Shown: piece by piece, positions 29,819 to 41,071 of the stretch | Numbering within the stretch: the first letter of the stretch is position 1 | Layout: each line of letters opens with the position of its first letter | The notes under the pieces: generated by a model | Seen by the model: only the letters and a program-made list of their open reading frames with translations | Told to the model about the DNA's origin: nothing | The model's database searches: none | NCBI GenBank assembly: GCA_043778225.1 | Contig: JAYWGM010000032.1 | Span: 1 to 64,000, forward strand | Direction: 5' to 3' | DNA: 64,000 bases | Source: Deinococcales bacterium | GTDB taxonomy: Bacteria; Deinococcota; Deinococci; Deinococcales; JAAFIG01 | Position numbers and translations under genes: made by a program

Positions 29819-32293
29819 ATGCCGCGTCCCAAAAAAGTAAAAATCGAAGAAGTTCCAACCATCAAAACCATTCGTGTTCCAGTCTGCCCTGTGCGTGGCA
29901 GCGTGATTTATCCAAGCATTGTGCAAAGTGTGGATGCTGGGCGAACCATTTCGGTGGCAGCCATTCAGGCGGCAGCCGATGGTGATAAGAACCTCTTTAT
30001 TGTTTCACAGCGCATTAAAGACATAGATGAACCACAAAAGGACGACTTGTACTTGGTCGGCACACTGACCACAATTCTGCGGATGCGCCGCAATCCCGAT
30101 GGTACGGTTGGCACAATGATTCAGGCTTCGGCTCGAGCCAAGGTTCATGCGTATTATTTTGGTGACAGCTACATCGAAGCCGACATCGAAATTTTAGAAG
30201 ACATCGAAGGCGATGTTGCCCAGACTCTAGCCATGAAACGCGAATTGGACACGCGTTTTCTCGAGGTCTCGAGGGGCAAGAACTTACAACAAGACACCTT
30301 GCAATTTATTCAAACGCTCGATAATCCGAGCCAACTTGCCGATAACATTGCTTTTCATTTGGACTTTAAGCTCGAGGAGCGACAGGCTTTACTCGAGGAA
30401 TTGAGCATTCTCGAGCGGATGAAACGGGTCTTGGTGCTACTGGTCTCAGAACTTGAGTTAAACCAAACCCAACAGCGTATTCAGGTTCAGGTCAAAGAAG
30501 AAATTGACAAAAACCAGCGCGAGTATTTTTTGCGCGAACAGATGAAGGCGATTCAAAAAGAACTGCGTGGCGAAGAAGAGGGCGACGATGAAGTCGAAGC
30601 CTTCCGCGCCAAAATCGAAAAACTTGGTTTAAGTGATGACACCAAAAAAGAAATTGACCGCGAACTGAATCGTCTGGCGCGGATGCACCCCGATAGCGCC
30701 GAAGCCAGTGTGATTCGCACCTATTTAACTTGGATTACCGAGTTGCCGTGGAACACCCGCTCCGAGGATATGCTCGACCTTAAAGTTGCCGAGAAAATTC
30801 TAGCCGAAGACCATTACGGCTTAGAAAAAGTCAAAGACCGTGTTCTCGAGTTTCTAGCGGTGCGTTCTTTGCGTAAATCCCGTGCCGAAAAAGGTGAAAT
30901 GACCGTAGCTGATGTCAACAAAGGACCAATTTTGGTCTTTGTTGGACCACCTGGTGTCGGTAAAACCAGTATTGCCAAAAGTATCGCTAAAGCCCTTGGG
31001 CGTAAATATGTGCGAATTGCTCTTGGTGGCGCGAGGGATGAAGCCGATATTCGTGGGCATCGTCGCACCTACATTGGTTCGTTGCCCGGACGGATTATTC
31101 AGGGCTTAAAAACGGCTGGCACAAAGAATCCTGTCTTTTTGCTGGATGAAATTGACAAGCAAGGCTCGAGTTACCAAGGCGATCCAAGTTCGGCACTGCT
31201 CGAGGTCTTAGACCCATCGCAGAACGAATTTTTTACCGACCATTACCTTGGCGTGCCGTTTGATTTATCCGAAGTGATGTTTATTGCCACGGCAAATTTC
31301 CCTGAGCAAATTCCAGCGCCGCTTTTAGACCGCATGGAATTTATAGACTTTAACAGTTACATCGAACAAGAAAAACTCGAGATTGCCAAACGCTATATTT
31401 TGCCGCGCCAGACTTTAGAAAACGGCTTAAAGGATAACCAAGTCCTGATTACCGATGCGGCATTGCTGCGCCTGATTCAGCATTACACCCGCGAAGCTGG
31501 AGTGCGAACCCTCGAGCGCGAAGTTGGTTCGCTGCTGCGAAAAGCCGCCCGTAAACTGGCTAACGGCGACCTAAAGCGTGTCCGAATTGGCGATACCGAC
31601 CTCGAAAAATACCTTGGCGGACAAAAACACCAAGTCGAGCGCGAAAACCTCGAGAATCTGGTCGGCGTTTCGACTGGAATGTTTTACACCCCAGTCGGTG
31701 GCGATATTCTGTTTATCGAAACCAGCGTCATGCCGGGCAAGGGCTTAATTCTGACTGGGCAACTGGGCGATGTGATGAAAGAATCGGCTCGAGCGGCGTT
31801 AAGTTACGCCAAGAAAAACGCAGCCCGATTCCATATTCCTCTCGAGCGTATTGATGACCGCGAAATTCATATTCATGTGCCGGCGGGCGGCATCCCCAAA
31901 GAAGGACCAAGCGCTGGCGTAACCATGACCACCAGCCTGATTAGCGCCCTGACTGGCGTACCCGTGCGCCATGATGTTTCGATGACTGGCGAAATTACCT
32001 TAACGGGGCGGGTGCTGCCAATTGGTGGACTCAAAGAAAAAGTCTTGGGCGCACGTCGGGCTGGAATTAAACACATTATTATGCCCAAAGCCAATACCGC
32101 CGACCTCGATGATATTCCAACCCATTTACGGCGCAGCATGACCTTTCATCCGTGCGAGAATTTAGACCAAGTTCTCGAGGTGGCGCTTGAAGGTGGGTTG
32201 GCGGCACTCGAGCAGAAAGCCATTACCGATGTGGTGAACACAAAGAATGTTAAGAAACCTCGGGGAAAACTCCAGCCTAGCGCCAGTGCGTAA
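29819..32293 (+). CDS. lon: Lon protease
   Basis: [33 protein letters not shown]. Confidence 0.97.
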   Translation: MPRPKKVKIEEVPTIKTIRVPVCPVRGSVIYPSIVQSVDAGRTISVAAIQAAADGDKNLFIVSQRIKDIDEPQKDDLYLVGTLTTILRMRRNPDGTVGTMIQASARAKVHAYYFGDSYIEADIEILEDIEGDVAQTLAMKRELDTRFLEVSRGKNLQQDTLQFIQTLDNPSQLADNIAFHLDFKLEERQALLEELSILERMKRVLVLLVSELELNQTQQRIQVQVKEEIDKNQREYFLREQMKAIQKELRGEEEGDDEVEAFRAKIEKLGLSDDTKKEIDRELNRLARMHPDSAEASVIRTYLTWITELPWNTRSEDMLDLKVAEKILAEDHYGLEKVKDRVLEFLAVRSLRKSRAEKGEMTVADVNKGPILVFVGPPGVGKTSIAKSIAKALGRKYVRIALGGARDEADIRGHRRTYIGSLPGRIIQGLKTAGTKNPVFLLDEIDKQGSSYQGDPSSALLEVLDPSQNEFFTDHYLGVPFDLSEVMFIATANFPEQIPAPLLDRMEFIDFNSYIEQEKLEIAKRYILPRQTLENGLKDNQVLITDAALLRLIQHYTREAGVRTLEREVGSLLRKAARKLANGDLKRVRIGDTDLEKYLGGQKHQVERENLENLVGVSTGMFYTPVGGDILFIETSVMPGKGLILTGQLGDVMKESARAALSYAKKNAARFHIPLERIDDREIHIHVPAGGIPKEGPSAGVTMTTSLISALTGVPVRHDVSMTGEITLTGRVLPIGGLKEKVLGARRAGIKHIIMPKANTADLDDIPTHLRRSMTFHPCENLDQVLEVALEGGLAALEQKAITDVVNTKNVKKPRGKLQPSASA

Positions 32294-32302
32294 AGTAAAA
32301 TC

Positions 32303-32338
32303 AAGCACCTCGAGATTAGATTCTCGAGGTGCTTTTTT
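32303..32338 (+). terminator. Intrinsic terminator after lon
   Basis: AAGCACCTCGAGA...TCTCGAGGTGCTTTTTT. Confidence 0.8.
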
Positions 32339-32356
32339 GGCATGGTTTCCATACAG

Positions 32357-33388
32357 CTAACGCTTATCACCTTTCAGCCACGATTTCAGCAAAAAACCGC
32401 CCAAACTACGGCTCGAGCGCCACGCGACCAACACTGCTAAAACAGTTATGATTCCTGCTGCCACCCGAACCACAGGCGTTGACTCGAGATTCTTAGTCAG
32501 ATTCGTATCGGCTTGTTCGGCAGCCGAGGCTTGCAAACCCAAATGATTTTCTGGGGTTTTGACTTCTCGGCTCTGCGAATACACTTGGGTGAATTCAGCC
32601 CCAAAAAGCACCAACTGCGCCGCATAATAAACCCACAATAACAACACCGCCAATGTTCCTGCCGTACCAAACACCGAAGCAAAAGCGCTCTGTCCTAAAT
32701 ACAAACCAATTAAGCTCTTACCAATTGCAAACAGCACTGAAGTCAGCGCTCCACCAACCAAGGCATCGTGCCAACGCACTGGCGCATCTGGCAAAAAACG
32801 GTAAATTAAAGCAAACAAAAACGCCACCAACGCAGCCGAGACAACCTCATAGAACACGCCCCACAACCAACCAGCCCCATCATCTAAACCAAGTTGCGCC
32901 CCAAGACCACTTAGCACCGCACTGACCGACAACGAAACCAATAACAAGAAACTCATCACCAGCACTAAACCAAAGGAAACGGCTCGCGCCCGCAGCAACG
33001 CCCCAACATGAGCCGGTGGTACAGCATTCCAGACTTTATTGAGCGCTTGTTGCAACTGCCCAAATGCTCCACTTGCACCAAGCAACAACCCACCCGTACC
33101 CAAAATCACGCCAAGCACACCAGAGCCTTGATTCGCCGAAGCTCGCTCGAGCAAAGCACCAATCCATTCAGCCCCATCCTTACCAATTAACCCTGAAATT
33201 TCAGTCAGCAAACGCTCCCGAGCCGCATCAGCAGGAGCAAAAAACCCTGCTACTGCCAGAACCACCAGCAGCAACGGCGCTAACGCAAAAATAGTGTAAT
33301 ACGCCAAAGCTGCCGCTTGAGTCGGAATGTTATCAGCTTGCCATTTAGCAACTGTTTTACGCAGCAAATCAAAAGGAAATAAAGACAC
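32357..33388 (-). CDS. YihY/BrkB-family membrane protein
   Basis: AAALAYYTIFALAP, ALNKVW, WVYYAAQLVLFGAE. Confidence 0.9.
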   Translation of the reverse strand: MSLFPFDLLRKTVAKWQADNIPTQAAALAYYTIFALAPLLLVVLAVAGFFAPADAARERLLTEISGLIGKDGAEWIGALLERASANQGSGVLGVILGTGGLLLGASGAFGQLQQALNKVWNAVPPAHVGALLRARAVSFGLVLVMSFLLLVSLSVSAVLSGLGAQLGLDDGAGWLWGVFYEVVSAALVAFLFALIYRFLPDAPVRWHDALVGGALTSVLFAIGKSLIGLYLGQSAFASVFGTAGTLAVLLLWVYYAAQLVLFGAEFTQVYSQSREVKTPENHLGLQASAAEQADTNLTKNLESTPVVRVAAGIITVLAVLVAWRSSRSLGGFLLKSWLKGDKR

Positions 33389-33501
33389 GGTAAACCTCGA
33401 GCCTCAGTCTAAGAAAATTTCTTTGAAGACAAGGACGCAAAAGGCTGAGGACAGGCTGAAAATAGTAGTAGCTCGAGTAGTTTCTCGAGCCACAACATCA
33501 G

Positions 33502-34719
33502 TTATTTGATAGCTGCAATTTTAGTTTTGCTGGGCAGCACAATTTCGACAGGTTTAGCCAAGTCGTCTATTCGTCCAGTAAATTTATATAACAGGGCTTG
33601 AGCAGGATTTTTTTCTGAACCAGCATCGGCTCGAGCCGTTTTCTCGAGCAGCGAATTTTTGCCAAACTCGAGTACCTTAAATGGTGCATTAAACTCAAGA
33701 ATTCCTTGGGCGTTGGTTCGGGCGAGTATAAGAGTTGTGGGTGGTTCGTCTGCACCTGCGGCTACGCGAAAACCACCGCCACTGGTGATGATTGCGTAAA
33801 CCGTGTTGGCTGGGTCTTTGGTACGGATGACATGGCGGTGTGGGTAAGTTGTTGCCCCTGATAGAGAGTGTTGTACTGTAAACCTGTTTCTCACGCCCGG
33901 TCTGCCATTGTTGGTTGTCCACCAACGTGCAAAAATATCGTTGTAGAGAATACCCATGTTTGGCATTTGACCATTTCGCTCGAGTAAAAAACTGAGGTTG
34001 CCAAGCTGCATTTTGGGTTTTTGCCAACCTGTAAATTGAATCGGTAATCCCGTAGTCAAGAATTGGTCTATTACATATTGAAATGCAATAAATTCAGCAT
34101 CTTGGGGGCGGGTTGCAATTTTTTCTTCGGCATTCAAACTAAAATTTGCTAGGGCTTGTAATCGTACTTGGTATGGTTTTTCTGTGTTTCTAAATGTGAT
34201 GTCTAAAGTCTTGACTTTGATGTCGGTGGTCATGTCTTGCCAACTGAGGATACCGGTTGGTAGTTGTCTTCTGTTGTACGTGGTTTCAAAAAGTTCAGGT
34301 AGCTGCATGGATTCGGTTACAGTTGCACCCGCTTTTTCAAACCAAGTTTTGAGGTCTTTAAGGCTGATGTATGGTTGTTGACAACTACAATTCTTGAGGC
34401 GTTTGTCTTGTGGTACTGCCCAACTAATTTGAGCGTGGCTGCTCGAGATTCCAGCGATGGTAAGTGTAGTTGCGGCAATAACAACAAAAATGGCTTTGGA
34501 AATGTTTGGCATCAGATGCTCCTTTATCAGTCCTGAATTGATGGTCTTGGCTGCGCCCATCTCGAGCAGCGCAGTCTCGAGGGCGTTGGTACTCCCCTGT
34601 ACCTCGAGTTGCCAAATTCGTGCTTCGATACTGCCGCGCAACTCTGCTTGTATCTCGAGTTTCTTAATGCCGTAAAGCCCACGTGTGGCTCGAGAAATGT
34701 ACTGCTCGAGACGCTTCAT
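33502..34719 (-). CDS. PadR-associated protein with permease-prefix/HAAS-like N-terminus, one TM segment and a large external domain
   Basis: LEQYISRATRGL...ELRGSI...ALLEMG; overlaps the PadR stop codon. Confidence 0.65.
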   Translation of the reverse strand: MKRLEQYISRATRGLYGIKKLEIQAELRGSIEARIWQLEVQGSTNALETALLEMGAAKTINSGLIKEHLMPNISKAIFVVIAATTLTIAGISSSHAQISWAVPQDKRLKNCSCQQPYISLKDLKTWFEKAGATVTESMQLPELFETTYNRRQLPTGILSWQDMTTDIKVKTLDITFRNTEKPYQVRLQALANFSLNAEEKIATRPQDAEFIAFQYVIDQFLTTGLPIQFTGWQKPKMQLGNLSFLLERNGQMPNMGILYNDIFARWWTTNNGRPGVRNRFTVQHSLSGATTYPHRHVIRTKDPANTVYAIITSGGGFRVAAGADEPPTTLILARTNAQGILEFNAPFKVLEFGKNSLLEKTARADAGSEKNPAQALLYKFTGRIDDLAKPVEIVLPSKTKIAAIK

Positions 34720-35042
34720 GATTTCCCCAACAGGGCGTTCATTGCTCCGCCAAAGGCTTGATGCTCGAGGCGTTTTGACGACAGTTCTTTCTTGCCGCTT
34801 TCGGTCAGTTCGTAGAATTTTACGGGACTACCACCGCGTGGTAGGTACTGGAATGAGCCGCTTATAAAGCCGCTTTTCTCGAGTCGGTGTAGGGCTGGAT
34901 AAAGTGTGCCTTCCTTAAAGTCGAAGTAGCCGCCTGTGCGTTCGCTGGCTTCGCGGGTGATTTCGCCGCCGTAAATCGGTTCTGGTTCGATGATAGCAAG
35001 CAGAATCAGGTCGAGGTTGCCTTTTAAGAGGTTTGGGTTCAT
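34716..35042 (-). CDS. PadR-family regulator
   Basis: GNLDLILL, YGGEI, EGTLYPALHRLE, YELTESG. Confidence 0.93.
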   Translation of the reverse strand: MNPNLLKGNLDLILLAIIEPEPIYGGEITREASERTGGYFDFKEGTLYPALHRLEKSGFISGSFQYLPRGGSPVKFYELTESGKKELSSKRLEHQAFGGAMNALLGKS

Positions 35043-35183
35043 GGGTTGTACCTCGTTCTCGAGTTGGCTGCATTTCCGGTTTTGCGCTGCCTCGAGTTTC
35101 CGTCCTAGGATAGCAACATCGTAATCCTAGGTCTCTCATTTTGTCAAGGTGGGGACAGGTGCGCGACCTACCGAAGTAATCAA

Positions 35184-35285
35184 TATACTGTCCAGTACGA
35201 CTCGAGTGAATAAACTTGACGAATATAGAATACCGTGATACGTTATATCTTATAAGCGCCCAGAAGTGGCGCATTTTTTATTGCC
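35184..35285 (+). promoter_or_regulatory. Copy 1 of a duplicated promoter + hairpin-terminator unit (possible small RNA gene)
   Basis: 44/45-nt identity to 37790-37834; TTGACG-17-TACGTT; GCGCC/GGCGC hairpin followed by T6. Confidence 0.6.
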
Positions 35286-35880
35286 TAATTTTATGCTTCT
35301 CCAAAAGCACAGAAAATTCCAAAGGCGTAAAAGTCTCGCCTAACCAACCAAGGTTCTTTGCGCTTTGCACATTTGAATTTGAATCATCAAAAAACAGTAT
35401 TTCTGAAGGCTCGAGACCCAAAGCCAACTGTACCTTCTGGTAAAACGCTGCTTCGGGCTTACGTGTTCCCAATTCACTCGAGATAAAAATAGCATCAAAC
35501 AAGTTCTGAAATCCCATTTCGTGCTTCATGTACTCAGCGCGGTTTCGTTCCTGATTGGTTGCCAAATAACAGGGTGTACCAGATGCTCGGAATACCTGAA
35601 TTTGCTCGAGCAGGACAGCATCCACGTGGTGTTCGTGTTCCATCCAAGCCCGAATAAAATCCGAGGCACTAACCCGCACTTGCCACTGCTTGAGCAAACG
35701 TGGCAAAATATCCAGCAATTCGAGTTCGCCTTTGATGCAGCGCTGAAAATCATTATGGATAAACTCGAGAAAGGTTTTTTGTGGGATACCATAAATGCTT
35801 TCGGCTGGTACAAAAAACCATGTTTTTGGGCGAACAATCACCCCGTCAGCATCAAAAACAATGGCTTTAATCATGGGCAT
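35278..35880 (-). CDS. HAD-family hydrolase
   Basis: FDADGV, ATN, RKPE, FFDD. Confidence 0.9.
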   Translation of the reverse strand: MPMIKAIVFDADGVIVRPKTWFFVPAESIYGIPQKTFLEFIHNDFQRCIKGELELLDILPRLLKQWQVRVSASDFIRAWMEHEHHVDAVLLEQIQVFRASGTPCYLATNQERNRAEYMKHEMGFQNLFDAIFISSELGTRKPEAAFYQKVQLALGLEPSEILFFDDSNSNVQSAKNLGWLGETFTPLEFSVLLEKHKIRQ

Positions 35881-35943
35881 AAAATATCATGTTTGCTCGA
35901 ATTACAAAGCCGTTTAAGCTCATAAATGCTCGAGTCTTGCCGT

Positions 35944-37011
35944 TTAGGTTATTTCGGGTTTGGGCATGGCAACCAATAAACTCAGTCCTAAACCTGATAA
36001 GGCAGTCATGGTCAGGATACCTGTCCAGAGTTCAGGGCTAATGCCTAAGCCACCCGTCATTTGAACAGCTAAAAAATGTGTTCCCCAAATGGCAAGCGGC
36101 GCGAGTCCAGCAAAAATTCTTAATTCAAGTAATCGTGTTTGGCTGGGTTTAAGGGTTTGAATCAGTGTATCTATGATCATTCCAGCCAGTGCTGCCATAT
36201 AGACTCGAGGCATCAGGTTGTTGTCCACAATAATCACCAATACAAAAGTGCTGAGTCCTAGAACAAGGCTGTACGTGCCAAATGGGGTGCGCCAGCGTTG
36301 CAGAATAAACAAAATGGTAAACATGATGGCAGCGTTGGTAAACAAAATACCTGCGTCTGTAAAACTATTGAGGGCGTAAAGTATGGCTGGGTTTTGACTT
36401 GGCACAAGGTTTTTTAAGTTTTCTATCGAGTCTGGTACGCTAATCAAGCCCCAAATGTGGAGGTTCATCAGGCTGGCGAAACAAAAACCTGCAAAAATAA
36501 CGAATAGATTGGGTAAAAACTCGAGAAAACTGGGTGTGCTTTTGGAACTTGGGTCGTGCCATGCAGCCCGTAACGGTGCGGTAATCAGTAAAATTGCACC
36601 AACAAAAAGCATGATGTGGCTGGGGCTGCGTAAGGCATCTATGCCGACTTCTATGCCAAAAGTGCTGTGCCAAATCAGGTCTGCGATACCACCAATGCCA
36701 AAGATAAAAGCACCGATTAAACCAAGTTCATAACCAATTGGAATGGCGTTGAGACCCTGCCAACCTTGGCGCAAACGACGATAAACCATCCAGATTATCC
36801 AGAGCGCAGTTGCCAGAAATCCAGAGTAGAGAATCGCGTGCCAAGGGGTAAAGAAATCCTCTAAAGATTCGACTAGATTACCATGGGCATAACCATCTAT
36901 GAGAAAGCCAAAAATCAGCCACAGTCCGAAGAAAACTGTGATTAGATTTTCTTGCCATGTGGCTCGAGCCTGTGAGCTTTCTGGAGTTTGTTGAAAGGTA
37001 TTGAATGCCAT
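35944..37011 (-). CDS. Multi-pass membrane protein with conserved-looking His motifs
   Basis: About 9 hydrophobic segments; DGYAH, FFTPWH, DLIWH, SPSH. Confidence 0.75.
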   Translation of the reverse strand: MAFNTFQQTPESSQARATWQENLITVFFGLWLIFGFLIDGYAHGNLVESLEDFFTPWHAILYSGFLATALWIIWMVYRRLRQGWQGLNAIPIGYELGLIGAFIFGIGGIADLIWHSTFGIEVGIDALRSPSHIMLFVGAILLITAPLRAAWHDPSSKSTPSFLEFLPNLFVIFAGFCFASLMNLHIWGLISVPDSIENLKNLVPSQNPAILYALNSFTDAGILFTNAAIMFTILFILQRWRTPFGTYSLVLGLSTFVLVIIVDNNLMPRVYMAALAGMIIDTLIQTLKPSQTRLLELRIFAGLAPLAIWGTHFLAVQMTGGLGISPELWTGILTMTALSGLGLSLLVAMPKPEIT

Positions 37012-37030
37012 GTTGTTGACCTCTTTTCGA

Positions 37031-37068
37031 TTATTCAAACACTTGCTTAAAACATTAGTTTGAAATAA
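37031..37068. promoter_or_regulatory. Putative TetR operator(s)
   Basis: TTATTCAAAC...GTTTGAAATAA palindrome between the divergent genes. Confidence 0.55.
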
Positions 37069-37123
37069 CAATTTTGTCAAGCCCTTACAAGTTCTTAAAC
37101 TCGAGGGCTACAATAAACAAAAC

Positions 37124-37711
37124 ATGGAAAACCCTAGCGACAGCACCGCCCAAGCCATCATCAAGGCAGCTTTAGAATGCCTCGAGAAGTACGGACTAGA
37201 TGGTATGACAATACGAAAAATTGCCACCCAAGCTAAGGTCAATGTCGCAGCCATCAACTATCATTTTGGAACTAGAGAAAAACTGCTCGAACAAGTTTTT
37301 GACCTTGCCACTGCCAATGCCTTTAGCGACCTAGACGAATTTATCAATCAGCTTTCTAGTCAACCATTGGAGCAGCAATTACAAGAATTTTTACTTCATT
37401 ATGCGACTGGACTGGCTGAATACCCCAATGTTTCCAAAGTCTTAATTCATGACCTGATGTTCTCAAAACAGGGGAAAACCATTGTCGCACAACGTTTAGA
37501 GACGTTTTTGCAAAACCTTAATGTGCGATTTGCCCAATTACAACAAGCCAAAGTCACAGATTTTGAAATTCGTTTCAAAACCATGCAAGTGATGTCAGTT
37601 TTTATTTGCCTAGGAATGATACCTAATGTGTTTAACCAAGCCTTACAAATCAGCATCCAAACCACCAACGAACGCAAACAACTGATCAAAGAAATACTCA
37701 AACCTCACTAA
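37124..37711 (+). CDS. TetR/AcrR-family regulator
   Basis: TIRKIATQAKVNVAAINYHFG. Confidence 0.92.
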   Translation: MENPSDSTAQAIIKAALECLEKYGLDGMTIRKIATQAKVNVAAINYHFGTREKLLEQVFDLATANAFSDLDEFINQLSSQPLEQQLQEFLLHYATGLAEYPNVSKVLIHDLMFSKQGKTIVAQRLETFLQNLNVRFAQLQQAKVTDFEIRFKTMQVMSVFICLGMIPNVFNQALQISIQTTNERKQLIKEILKPH

Positions 37712-37776
37712 TTTTCTACACAAGCCGTGACATCCACCAAGCTCGAGCTTTCTCTTGGACTTTGTGGAATTGTTTA

Positions 37777-37875
37777 TACACTGTCAAACACGACTCGAGT
37801 GAATAAACTTGACGAATAGAGAATACCGTGATACACTTTCTTTTATCAGCGCCTACGTGGCGCGTTTTTTATTGC
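37777..37875 (+). promoter_or_regulatory. Copy 2 of the duplicated promoter + hairpin-terminator unit
   Basis: TTGACG-17-TACACT; GCGCC/GGCGC hairpin followed by T6. Confidence 0.6.
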
Positions 37876-38042
37876 TAAATCAATCAGTCTTGGGAGATAA
37901 TTGTGCAACTATGAGATACGCTCTTGAAACTGTCATGGCTAAAGCTGAAGCACGAGGCGAATGTCAAGCCAAACTCAAAGCCTTGGATATGACCATAAAT
38001 CAGATAATCAAACCGATACATCAACAGCTAGGCAAATAAATT

Positions 38043-39959
38043 ATGCAAGAAGGTCAATTACTCTGGTTGCCAAGTACCGAAACTCGAGCCTCAAGCCAAT
38101 TGACGGCTTTTGCGGCGTTTCTAAAAGCCACTCGGGGCTTAGAATTTTCTGAATACGACCTGCTGCACACTTGGAGTGTGGAACGATTAGAAGATTTCTG
38201 GGAATCTATCTGGCAGTTTTTTGGGGTTGATGGCAGTTCGTATCAGTACGTTCTCGAGGCGCGTGTCATGCCAAATGCCAAATGGTTTACTGGCTCGAGC
38301 CTGAATTATGCAGCACACTGTTTACGGTCTGAATCCGAGAATCCAGCCATTATTGCTGCCAACGAATCGGGCGACCACAGCGAACTTTCTTGGACTGACT
38401 TAAAGATTCAAGTCTCGAGTCTGGCAGCTTATTTACGGCATATTGGTGTAACAAAAGGTGACAGGGTTGTTGCTTATCTTGGTAACACCTCCGAGGCGAT
38501 TGTTGCTTTTTTGGCGACCGCCAGCCTTGGTGCGATTTGGAGCAGCACCAGTATGGAAATGGGCTTGGGCAGCATTGTGGACAGATTTTCGCAGATTGAA
38601 CCCAAAGTTTTATTGGCTGATACAAGCTACACCTACAATGGCAAGTTTTTTGACCGTTCAGGTCTGGTGGCAGACCTCGAGAATGCCCTTCCAAGCCTCG
38701 AAAAAACCATTCGGCTGGGTGCAGAATTTGATTCGCTGCTCAAAAACCCCGCAGCCCTTGAGTTTGAAGCTGTTGCCTTTGACCATCCGCTTTATATTTT
38801 GTACTCGAGTGGCACGACAGGACTGCCCAAGCCGATTGTGCATGGTCATGGTGGCATTCTGCTCGAGCATTACAAGCAATTGGGACTGCAAACCGATTTA
38901 TCCGCCAAAGACCGTTTTTTTTGGTTCACCACCACAGGTTGGATGATGTGGAACTACCTTGTTTCGGGTTTGCTGCTTGGCTCGAGTATTGTCTTGTGGG
39001 ATGGTTCTCCAACGCATCCTAGTCCAGATGCGCTGTGGGAACTGTGCGAACGAGCAAAGGTCTCGGTTTTTGGATGTGGGGCGGCGTTTATTCATGGCAA
39101 TATCAAACTTGGTCTCGAGCCAGCTAAGAAATTTGACCTCTCGAGATTACGTGCCATTGGCAGTACAGGTTCGCCGCTTTCAATGGATGGTTTTAAGTTT
39201 ATTTACGAAAAAGTCAAACCCGATATTCAACTGATGAGTGTGTCTGGTGGTACAGACATTTGCAGTGCTTTTTTAGGTGGTAGCCCGTGGTCTCCAGTTT
39301 GGGCTGGGGAACTTTCCTGCCGTAGCCTAGGTGCGAGCTTAGAGAGTTTTGACGAACAAGGCAGGGCAGTTATCGAGCAAGTCGGCGAATTGGTGCTGAC
39401 CAAACCGATGCCAAGTATGCCCGTCAAATTCTGGAACGATACCGACAATAAGCGCTATCTCGAGAGCTATTTTGCCGATTTCCCAGATGTTTGGCGACAC
39501 GGCGACTGGATAAAAATAACCCACAAAGGCAGCACAATTATTTATGGGCGTTCCGATGCCACCTTGAACAAAGGCGGGGTACGAATGGGGACAGCCGAAG
39601 TCTACAGCGTGGTCGAGGGTATCCCCGAGATTCTGGACAGCCTGATTATTGACCTCGAGCAACTCGGTAAACCTTCTTTTATGCCGCTTTTTATTGTGCT
39701 GCGCCAAGACGTAAGCCTCACGCCAGACCTCGAGCAACGCATTAAAAGCGCGATTCGCAGCGAATTATCGCCGCGTTTAATTCCAGATGCGATTGTGGTC
39801 GTACAAGAAATTCCGCGCACCCTCAATGGTAAGAAACTCGAGTTGCCGATTCGTAAAATTCTGCTTGGGGTGGATGCTAATACAGTATTAAATGTAGATG
39901 CCTTAGCCAACCCAAGTTCGCTCGAGTTTTTTATTGATTTTGCCAAAACCATGACATAA
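38043..39959 (+). CDS. Acetoacetate--CoA ligase
   Basis: YSSGTTGLPKPIVH, TTGWMMWN, SGGTDICS, WRHGDW, GRSDATL. Confidence 0.92.
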   Translation: MQEGQLLWLPSTETRASSQLTAFAAFLKATRGLEFSEYDLLHTWSVERLEDFWESIWQFFGVDGSSYQYVLEARVMPNAKWFTGSSLNYAAHCLRSESENPAIIAANESGDHSELSWTDLKIQVSSLAAYLRHIGVTKGDRVVAYLGNTSEAIVAFLATASLGAIWSSTSMEMGLGSIVDRFSQIEPKVLLADTSYTYNGKFFDRSGLVADLENALPSLEKTIRLGAEFDSLLKNPAALEFEAVAFDHPLYILYSSGTTGLPKPIVHGHGGILLEHYKQLGLQTDLSAKDRFFWFTTTGWMMWNYLVSGLLLGSSIVLWDGSPTHPSPDALWELCERAKVSVFGCGAAFIHGNIKLGLEPAKKFDLSRLRAIGSTGSPLSMDGFKFIYEKVKPDIQLMSVSGGTDICSAFLGGSPWSPVWAGELSCRSLGASLESFDEQGRAVIEQVGELVLTKPMPSMPVKFWNDTDNKRYLESYFADFPDVWRHGDWIKITHKGSTIIYGRSDATLNKGGVRMGTAEVYSVVEGIPEILDSLIIDLEQLGKPSFMPLFIVLRQDVSLTPDLEQRIKSAIRSELSPRLIPDAIVVVQEIPRTLNGKKLELPIRKILLGVDANTVLNVDALANPSSLEFFIDFAKTMT

Positions 39960-39967
39960 TTATAAGC

Positions 39968-41050
39968 ATGAGACTCGAGGTACATACTGATATTACCCAA
40001 GCTGATACACTGCCCAGTTCGTTTTACAAAGACCCAAGTATTTTTGAGCAAACCAAAGAAAAAGTCTTTGCCCAATCTTGGCAGTTTGTTGGCGATACCG
40101 ACGACCTCAAAGCACCGGGTAGTGTCAAACCAATCACGGTTTTGGAAGGTTGCTTGGACGAGCCGATTTTACTCACCCGAGACTTTAACGACCAACTGCA
40201 CGGGCTTTCCAATGTTTGTACCCACCGTGGAATGCTGGTCTCCGAAGCTGGCGGCATCGAACGTTTTTTGCGTTGTCGTTATCATGGACGGCGTTTTGGT
40301 TTGGATGGTTGCTTTCAGAGTATGCCCGAATTTGAAGCCGTTAAAAATTTCCCGAGTACAGCCGACAATTTGCCTAAAATCGCACTCGAGACTTGGGATA
40401 AGTTGGCTTTTATTAACCTGAACCCCAGCGTGTCGCTCGAGACGATGCTTGCACCGATTAAAGCCCGAATGGGTTGGTTGCCTTTGCGTGAATTTTACTT
40501 TGACCAGACCCGAGCGCGTGATTACTTGGTGCGGGCAAATTGGGCGCTGTACTGCGACAATTACCTTGAAGGATTTCATATTCCCTATATTCATGCCAGC
40601 CTGAATGCCACCATCGATTATGGCAGCTACGTCACCGAGCAGTACGATTGGTGTAACCTCCAACTTGGGGTGTCTTCGAGTGGCGAAAGTGTTTTTGACC
40701 TGCCGCGCAGCAGCCCCGATTATGGGCAGAAAATTGCTGCTTATTATTATTGGGTTTACCCAAACATGATGCTGAATTTCTACCCATGGGGACTCAGTAT
40801 TAACGTCGTCCGCCCACTCGGTCATGACCGTTGTAAGGTCAGTTTTATACCGTATGTTTGGGATGCCAGCAAGCTCGAGTCTGGGGCTGGAGCGGGTTTA
40901 GACCGAGTTGAACGCGAGGACGAAGTGGTGGTCGAAGCCGTGCAGCGTGGGGTGTGCTCGAGGTTCTATAACACTGGGCGCTTTAGTCCAGCCCGAGAAG
41001 CCTGTGTGCATCATTTTCATCGCTTATTGAGTACGGCACTGAATACCTAA
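39968..41050 (+). CDS. Rieske non-heme iron oxygenase alpha subunit (choline monooxygenase-like)
   Basis: CTHRG...CRYHG Rieske motif; DNYLEGFHIPYIH. Confidence 0.9.
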   Translation: MRLEVHTDITQADTLPSSFYKDPSIFEQTKEKVFAQSWQFVGDTDDLKAPGSVKPITVLEGCLDEPILLTRDFNDQLHGLSNVCTHRGMLVSEAGGIERFLRCRYHGRRFGLDGCFQSMPEFEAVKNFPSTADNLPKIALETWDKLAFINLNPSVSLETMLAPIKARMGWLPLREFYFDQTRARDYLVRANWALYCDNYLEGFHIPYIHASLNATIDYGSYVTEQYDWCNLQLGVSSSGESVFDLPRSSPDYGQKIAAYYYWVYPNMMLNFYPWGLSINVVRPLGHDRCKVSFIPYVWDASKLESGAGAGLDRVEREDEVVVEAVQRGVCSRFYNTGRFSPAREACVHHFHRLLSTALNT

Positions 41051-41071
41051 ACTCGAGGTATACTGTTAGCC

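Noticed and set aside
37911..38039. Short ORF resembling an Rpn-family C-terminal fragment (AEARGE)
   Set aside because: Too short and the resemblance too weak to support a call.
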